Source: Patescibacteria group bacterium
Lineage (GTDB): Bacteria > Patescibacteriota > Patescibacteriia > UBA9570
NCBI GenBank assembly: GCA_041665365.1
Contig: JBAYIY010000004.1
Span: 8,610 to 72,609 of the forward strand
Direction of reading: 5' to 3'
DNA length: 64,000 bases
In this document: piece after piece, positions 58,898 through 64,000 of the stretch
How positions within the stretch are numbered: the stretch's first letter is position 1
Layout: each line of letters starts with the position of its first letter
The notes under the pieces: model-generated
Databases searched by the model: none
What the model was told of the DNA's origin: nothing
Seen by the model: only the letters and a program-made list of their open reading frames with translations
Position numbers and translations under genes: made by a program

Positions 58898-59665
58898 ATG
58901 TTACCGAATTTACATTGGGCAACGATTACGCTTGGACCAATCGTGATTCAAGTGTGGGGTTTGTTTGTGGCACTTGGTATTATCGTAGCGGTATTGGTCG
59001 TTAAACAGTTTGCTAAACAGCGGCAATTAAATGACACCGCCGTAGTGGACGCCAGTTTTTGGATAATGGTGGCGGCCATGTTGATGGGTCGAGTGTGGTT
59101 TGTGTTTGATGAATGGTCTTTATTTAGCGGACATGTGTTAGATGCTTTAAAAATTTGGGAAGGAGGGATGTCAATCAGCGGTGGTTTCTTTGGGGCTTTA
59201 GTAGCCGGAGTGATTTATTTTAAATATAAAAAATTACCGTTTCTACCTTATGCGGAAGTAATGGTGTACGCTTTACCGTTAGGTATTGCCATCGGCCGGT
59301 TGGGTTGTTTCTTTATTTTTGACCATCCCGGAACGGTGACAAATTTCTTCTTAGGTGAGGTTTATTTTGTGGATGGCCTCGTGCGCCATAATCATGGGTT
59401 ATATCTAGTGATAGATGGAGCAGTGTTATTTAGTTTATTTACTTATCTACGGTACAAAACCAAAGCCTTACCACCATATTTTGTGACGATATTTTTACTG
59501 TGGGAAGGTTTGGTGCGAATTATTTTAGACAATTGGCGCATCGCCGATAACCACTGGTACGGCTTTACCGCCGCCCAATGGTGGGGAGTTGTGATGGTAT
59601 TAGGTGGTTTAACTGTGTTTGGCACGAGGCAGATTATAAGGAAGAAATACACACACGTCCTGTAG
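58898..59665 (+). CDS. lgt: Prolipoprotein diacylglyceryl transferase
   Basis: LGPI...WG, IWEGGMSISGG, AIGRLGCF; stop codon lies within REP copy 6. Confidence 0.92.
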   Translation: MLPNLHWATITLGPIVIQVWGLFVALGIIVAVLVVKQFAKQRQLNDTAVVDASFWIMVAAMLMGRVWFVFDEWSLFSGHVLDALKIWEGGMSISGGFFGALVAGVIYFKYKKLPFLPYAEVMVYALPLGIAIGRLGCFFIFDHPGTVTNFFLGEVYFVDGLVRHNHGLYLVIDGAVLFSLFTYLRYKTKALPPYFVTIFLLWEGLVRIILDNWRIADNHWYGFTAAQWWGVVMVLGGLTVFGTRQIIRKKYTHVL

Positions 59666-59694
59666 AGACGCGATTAATCGCGTCTCTACAGGAC
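59657..59694. repeat. REP-like palindrome, copy 6 (perfect 38 bp)
   Basis: gtcct-GTAGAGAC-GCGATTAATCGC-GTCTCTAC-aggac. Confidence 0.92.
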
Positions 59695-59922
59695 AGGGCA
59701 TTGTAATTCCGCCGGTTTTTGTTGGGTTTGACAAAACTCAAAAAATGTGATAATGTGTTCTGTTTTTGAGGCGCTTTTTTGTGCCTTAAAAACAAGCTAT
59801 TTGTCACGGTTTTTCGAGTCCTTTGACAATTTATCAATGTAAAGAATTAAAAAAACCATATATTTCTGTTTGGTTTGAAATATACGGTGCAGGTAGATCG
59901 AAATGAATAACCGAACCATCCC

Positions 59923-59976
59923 ACCCCCTGTCCTGGTAGAGACGCGATTAATCGCGTCTCTACCAGGACAGGGGGT
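59923..59976. repeat. REP-like palindrome, copy 7 (perfect 54 bp, imperfectly extendable to 59906-59994)
   Basis: accccctgtcctg-core-caggacagggggt; outer AATAACCGA/TCGGTTATT. Confidence 0.92.
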
Positions 59977-60095
59977 ACCGGGACGTCGGTTATTAATCTC
60001 GGTCTATCTGTGAGCCTTATCCAGGGGACGGTTGGGGCAATGATGCTCTGATCACACTGGGTGGGGTTTGGTCACAAAAACCGAAAGGAGAGGCC

Positions 60096-61835
60096 ATGAC
60101 CGGCTTCTTTTCTGATCTGAATGACGTCATGGAAAACCTCCTGTCCGGGCTGTCGGCCCGGCTGGTGGCTATCCTCGGGTTTTTGCTCGCCGTGCTCGGG
60201 GGTGGGGGCGCGTTCGCGTTCCTCGGTCCCGAAAACGAGTGGGTGACCCCCCTGTTCGGGGCGGGGGCGACGTTGGTCGTCCTCTCCCTGTTTGTGCGGG
60301 GGAGGCACGGGAATATCGGGGTGGAAGCCCCGGTTCCTGTGCAGGTTGTTCTCTGGGGACTGGCGATGTTTTTGTTGTGCCACGTCCCTATTGATAGGTC
60401 GGTCTGGATCTACCCCTGGATGCAGGGGGCGACCGTCCTGATCGTGGCACTCGGACTCGCCACGATCTTCATCCTCTCACCCGGGAGGGCGTTCCCGTCA
60501 GGGTCGTTCTTCTGGGGAGTGCTCTGTGCCTGGGGCGCAAGCCTCTTGCACTGGGGGCTCGTGGGGATGAAATGGGCGGCGACCGAGATCGCCCCGCAGG
60601 GTCCCATCGCCCAGGCCTCAGTGGCCGTGGCGTGGGTACTCGGCACCGTCTGCCTGATTGTGGCAACGGTGGCGTGGGCGATCATCCAGACCCACCGGTG
60701 GTCCAAGCGGGACCAGGTGTTCTTCCGCTTGGACAGGCCGGGAAAGTTCAAGGCCGTGCGCACGGGGCCCACGGTCTACACCTTCGTCGGGGATCTCACG
60801 GGTGTCCCCCCGGCGAAGGAGTCGGTACCAAGCGACGTTCTCTCCCAAGGGCCACAGGCGGTCTGGGAGTGGATGTGTGCGTGGCGGCCGACCCCCGCAT
60901 TGGTGGCACACGGAGCCCACCATGCGGATCCAACCATCCTGGACAATCCCAGGATGGATCCACGCCCGTTCCTCAACGACGCCCAGTGGATTCTCCCTGG
61001 TGCGTTCTTTGGGGGAGTTCCGGGGTTCGCCATCCCGGAACTGATGGTGGCAGAGATCTTCAATCGGAACCATGGCAACGGCGGCAACGGACACGCTGCC
61101 GGCGGTCATGGTGATCACAAGCAGCCCGACGCCCCGCGCCCCGGGGAGTACGGGACCTTGCAGGTCATTCCGGATGTGGACATGATCGTTGGGTTCGTGC
61201 CCACGAGCATGGCCGGTCCGGAAATCCGGCTGAAGATCGGCGTGTCCCTGCGGGCCGTCGGTCTGCCTTATCTTTTCCACGTGGACTCGCTGGATCACCA
61301 GCTTGAACACGCGGCGGAGATTCTCGGGCAGGCCCTCGCCGGTTCGGTGGGGACGTGGCTGTATGGCTTGACGGGGCACCTCTACGAGTTCGCTCGTCGT
61401 GGTGCTCCGCGTCGTCCTCGTACCCCGCTCGCCCCGGGGGATGAGCCCATCTCGGACATCCCGGCCGAGGTGGGGAATCACTTGGACCACTTCGTGCACC
61501 ACATGCACGAAGTTGGTATCCACGTTATTGAGTTGCGGCTCAAGGACGTGGATCTGCCGGACAACATCCGGCAGGTGAGTGATGAGAGGCTCACGGTCTT
61601 CATCCAGCAGACCGTGGCCAAGGCTAAGGCCGACATTCTCCGCCAGACTCGAATGGCGGAAATGGAAGCCTTCCTTGACACCGCCAAACTCTCTGACGAA
61701 AAGGTCAGAGGTGACGTGGTCAAGGAGCTGGCGAAGTTTTACTTCATTCAGGGGACGGATATGGCCGCCCTGCTTGGAGTAGCTTCCGCTGTCGGGTTCG
61801 CGCCCGGTATCGGTGGTGGCAAGAAGTCCACCTAG
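60096..61835 (+). CDS. GC-rich multi-pass membrane protein with a divergent SPFH/band-7-like C-terminus
   Basis: AAGGAGAGG RBS; about six N-terminal TM helices; GIHVIELRLKDVDLPDNIRQ...AKAKAD resembles the SPFH end plus coiled coil. Confidence 0.7.
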   Translation: MTGFFSDLNDVMENLLSGLSARLVAILGFLLAVLGGGGAFAFLGPENEWVTPLFGAGATLVVLSLFVRGRHGNIGVEAPVPVQVVLWGLAMFLLCHVPIDRSVWIYPWMQGATVLIVALGLATIFILSPGRAFPSGSFFWGVLCAWGASLLHWGLVGMKWAATEIAPQGPIAQASVAVAWVLGTVCLIVATVAWAIIQTHRWSKRDQVFFRLDRPGKFKAVRTGPTVYTFVGDLTGVPPAKESVPSDVLSQGPQAVWEWMCAWRPTPALVAHGAHHADPTILDNPRMDPRPFLNDAQWILPGAFFGGVPGFAIPELMVAEIFNRNHGNGGNGHAAGGHGDHKQPDAPRPGEYGTLQVIPDVDMIVGFVPTSMAGPEIRLKIGVSLRAVGLPYLFHVDSLDHQLEHAAEILGQALAGSVGTWLYGLTGHLYEFARRGAPRRPRTPLAPGDEPISDIPAEVGNHLDHFVHHMHEVGIHVIELRLKDVDLPDNIRQVSDERLTVFIQQTVAKAKADILRQTRMAEMEAFLDTAKLSDEKVRGDVVKELAKFYFIQGTDMAALLGVASAVGFAPGIGGGKKST

Positions 61836-61962
61836 CCAGCCCGAGCCATTAGCGTGTGGCTCGTAAAAGATATCACGCCAGTTTCTCGTCGGTTTGAGCC
61901 ATAGTCATTACTGTGGTTCGCCGACATTCGTGTTTCAACAAACAACAATTCAAACAACAAAT

Positions 61963-61993
61963 TGTAGAGACGTCCCGCCGGGACGTCTCTACA
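61963..61993. repeat. REP-like palindrome, copy 8
   Basis: TGTAGAGAC-GTCCCGCCGGGAC-GTCTCTACA. Confidence 0.9.
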
Positions 61994-62003
61994 GGGAGAT
62001 TTC

Positions 62004-62792
62004 ATGAGTCTCACTACGGCTCTTGCGATTCTGGTTCCGTTCTTGATGACTATTATCGGGGTCGCGATCGTGCGCTCAATTATGTACAGTGGAACTGACG
62101 ACCCCGCCGCCCACGCCGGTGGGAAGGAGGAGGCTCATCACGAGCCCTTCCTCCCCAACTGGCTCACCCTGGGGTACCACCCCAAGGTGTGGGTCGCGGC
62201 CGCCGCGCTCGTGGCGGTCGTCTGGCTCGGGCCGTGGGTGTGGGAGTGGGGATACGGGACCCCACTCGCCGACCCAGAGGTGGTCGAGCGACTCCAGTGG
62301 CCAGGCACCGTCCTGGCAATCCTGGTGGTGTTGATCATCAACGCCGCCAGGAAAAAGTACCCGGATGCCCACTCCCACGGGCCGGAGGACGCGGATGTCC
62401 TCTTCATGCTCGTGGTCACCGCCGTCATGGTGCTGATGGCGACCGGGGGCATCGGGTTCCTCCACCTGTTGGGGAACAACTGGGTGAAGGTCGGGGATAC
62501 CTGTTGGCGGCTGTATCACTGCCCCGCCAGCTGGATCCTGATCTTCCTCTTTCCCCACATGGGTGAGAGGTCGTTTGGGAAGGGAACCGGGCCGGCCACC
62601 GTGTCGACGGTGATCGTGGTCGGCCTGTGGGCGTTCTTCGTCGGACCGTACGTGTCCGACGGATGGAACGCAGTGTGGTTCGACCACATGGTGCTGCACG
62701 CCATGGGGTTGAATCACGCGTGGGAAATGCCAGACTGGTTCCTCTGGCTTTTCCCGGTTGACGATCACCTGCCACCGGAGTGGCGCTGGTGA
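62004..62792 (+). CDS. GC-rich, Trp/His-rich multi-pass membrane hypothetical protein
   Basis: GGGAG RBS abutting REP copy 8; about six hydrophobic segments; G/C-ending codons in this frame. Confidence 0.7.
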   Translation: MSLTTALAILVPFLMTIIGVAIVRSIMYSGTDDPAAHAGGKEEAHHEPFLPNWLTLGYHPKVWVAAAALVAVVWLGPWVWEWGYGTPLADPEVVERLQWPGTVLAILVVLIINAARKKYPDAHSHGPEDADVLFMLVVTAVMVLMATGGIGFLHLLGNNWVKVGDTCWRLYHCPASWILIFLFPHMGERSFGKGTGPATVSTVIVVGLWAFFVGPYVSDGWNAVWFDHMVLHAMGLNHAWEMPDWFLWLFPVDDHLPPEWRW

Positions 62793-62895
62793 TCAAAGAG
62801 TAGTAAGGCTCGATTTGGATAGGTGTGGTAGGCTTGACGCGTTGTCGTCGCCGCCACCCATACATCCATCTCGAGCCTTTTTTCGTATACAAAAT

Positions 62896-62955
62896 AACTG
62901 TACCAACACAGGTAGAGACGCGATTAATCGCGTCTCTACCTGTGTTGGTACAGTT
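62896..62955. repeat. REP-like palindrome, copy 9 (perfect 60 bp)
   Basis: aactgtaccaacacag-GTAGAGAC-GCGATTAATCGC-GTCTCTAC-ctgtgttggtacagtt. Confidence 0.93.
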
Positions 62956-62959
62956 CAAT

Positions 62960-63029
62960 TTGACAACAACAAAAAAATACCTTATTATCACCAGCATAAA
63001 GCGTTGCCAAAGTGATTGGGGACGCTTTT
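62960..63029 (+). promoter_or_regulatory. Promoter and leader hairpin of the RhuM-like gene
   Basis: TTGACA-17 bp-TATTAT, then AAAGCGT-TGCCAAAGTGATTGGGG-ACGCTTTT. Confidence 0.6.
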
Positions 63030-63040
63030 ATTATCAGATT

Positions 63041-63718
63041 ATGAAAAACAACAAGCAGATTATTAAACAAAACACCTTTTCGAAGTTTTTATTATACACT
63101 ACGCCAAATGGCAAAGTTAAGGTGGAGATATTTTTGCATGATGAGAATATCTGGCTGACACAAATGAAGATAGCCAAGTTATTCGGAGTAGAAAGAAGTG
63201 TTATTACTAAGCATCTACAAAATATATTTAAGGAGGGTGAGCTTAATAAAGTAGCAACCTGTGCAAAAATTGCACAGGTTCAAAATGAAGGCAAAAGACA
63301 AGTAACAAGGGATGTTGAGTTTTATAATTTAGATGCGATTATATCTGTTGGATACAGAGTAAACAGTGTCATGGCCACTAATTTTAGAATTTGGGCGACT
63401 GAACGTCTCAAAGAATATATCATCAAGGGTTTTACCATGGACGATGAACGATTAAAAAACCCAAATACTATTTTTGGTCAAGATTATTTTGAAGAACAAC
63501 TGGCTCGCATCAGAGATATTAGAAGTAGTGAAAGACGATTTAATGAAAGGAATATTTTAGAAGACAATGGAAAAATTAGTCATGAAGTAGCAGTAGTTTC
63601 TGCAGAAAGCGAATACGAAAAATATCGTAAAAAACAAGACAAAAATTATATATCTGATTTTGATCGAGCAGCGAAGAAACTTATGAACAATAAATTTAAT
63701 AACAAAAATAACAGGTAA
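63041..63718 (+). CDS. RhuM-family protein, apparently internally deleted (possible pseudogene)
   Basis: ENIWLTQ..IA.LF, ITKHLQNIF.EGEL, FYNLDAIISVGYRVNS..AT.FR.WAT..LKEY..KGF.MDDERLK; IRSSERRF joins directly to the C-terminal NERNIL..GKISHE. Confidence 0.8.
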   Translation: MKNNKQIIKQNTFSKFLLYTTPNGKVKVEIFLHDENIWLTQMKIAKLFGVERSVITKHLQNIFKEGELNKVATCAKIAQVQNEGKRQVTRDVEFYNLDAIISVGYRVNSVMATNFRIWATERLKEYIIKGFTMDDERLKNPNTIFGQDYFEEQLARIRDIRSSERRFNERNILEDNGKISHEVAVVSAESEYEKYRKKQDKNYISDFDRAAKKLMNNKFNNKNNR

Positions 63719-63727
63719 GAACACCCG

Positions 63728-63755
63728 GTAGAGACGTTGTATGCAACGTCTCTAC
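63728..63755. repeat. REP-like palindrome, copy 10
   Basis: GTAGAGAC-GTTGTATGCAAC-GTCTCTAC. Confidence 0.88.
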
Positions 63756-63852
63756 TTGATTTCAGGGTTTAATTTCAGCGTTTTCATCTCCTTCATCTTT
63801 TCAGCGATCCATTTGACCTACCTGGTATTATAAAATATGTTATACTCCCTGC

Positions 63853-64000
63853 ATGTTTAAATTCTTCATTCTTACTTCATTATTCTTAATTCTTTATTCT
63901 TTTCCTCTCCCCACCCAGGCGGCTTTCGGTGATACCACCACTTATGCTGGTAAACTAATCTCCGGTGATGGCAGTTTCCGTACGGACGCTTATTTTGATT
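63853..64000 (+). CDS. Start of a secreted protein, truncated by the window end
   Basis: TGTTATACT 6 nt before ATG; signal peptide MFKFFILTSLFLILYSFPLPTQA; frame open to the end. Confidence 0.6.
   Translation, partial: MFKFFILTSLFLILYSFPLPTQAAFGDTTTYAGKLISGDGSFRTDAYFD

Noticed and set aside
60072-62997. Numerous overlapping alternative ORFs on both strands in the GC-rich segment
   Set aside because: Expected from stop-codon scarcity at high GC; only 60096 and 62004 have an RBS, G/C-ending codon bias and coherent membrane topology.
62825-63040. 72-aa N-terminal extension of the RhuM ORF containing VETRLIASL
   Set aside because: It reads through REP copy 9 and a promoter; family similarity begins only after ATG 63041.
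59657-63755. CRISPR array or classical integron interpretation of the recurring 28-bp palindromes
   Set aside because: Spacing is hundreds to thousands of bp and irregular, no cas or intI gene is present, and the palindromes lack attC RYYYAAC/GTTRRRY ends and extrahelical bases.

Overview
Bacterial chromosomal window in the standard genetic code (prfB present, TGA used as stop). Gene content and style suggest a Patescibacteria/CPR (Parcubacteria-like) genome, which is an inference: a giant Cys-rich Ig/IPT surface protein, Asn-rich TSP3 membrane proteins, split transketolase, several DsbA paralogues and many apparently leaderless genes. Housekeeping blocks are ybeY-dgkA-ftsA-ftsZ; nrdR-cobO-nrdJ plus an ECF S-component (B12-dependent dNTP module); glnA with a GAF-ANTAR regulator; a TPP-riboswitch thiamine ABC transporter; mutM; a UvrD-nuclease fusion; a folate cluster lacking folB; prfB; glmS; comEC; metK-pfkB-ahcY; trpR; and an fba/pentose-phosphate/glycerate cluster. 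No rRNA, tRNA, CRISPR array, integrase or transposase was seen. The most unusual signals are non-coding. (i) Ten GTAGAGAC-N12/13-GTCTCTAC REP-like palindromes occur, with copy-specific flanks that are themselves perfectly inverted. Two are translated inside enzymes, one supplies a stop codon, and five bracket an array of compositionally foreign genes at 59.6-63.8 kb. (ii) A pseudoknotted leader upstream of glmS is not the canonical glmS ribozyme. (iii) A BlaI-operator promoter drives an unannotated 19-aa Cys-rich peptide and a hairpin ahead of blaI-M56-dsbA. (iv) glnA carries a textbook ANTAR dual-hairpin antiterminator. All structures were folded by eye and GC contrasts are visual estimates.
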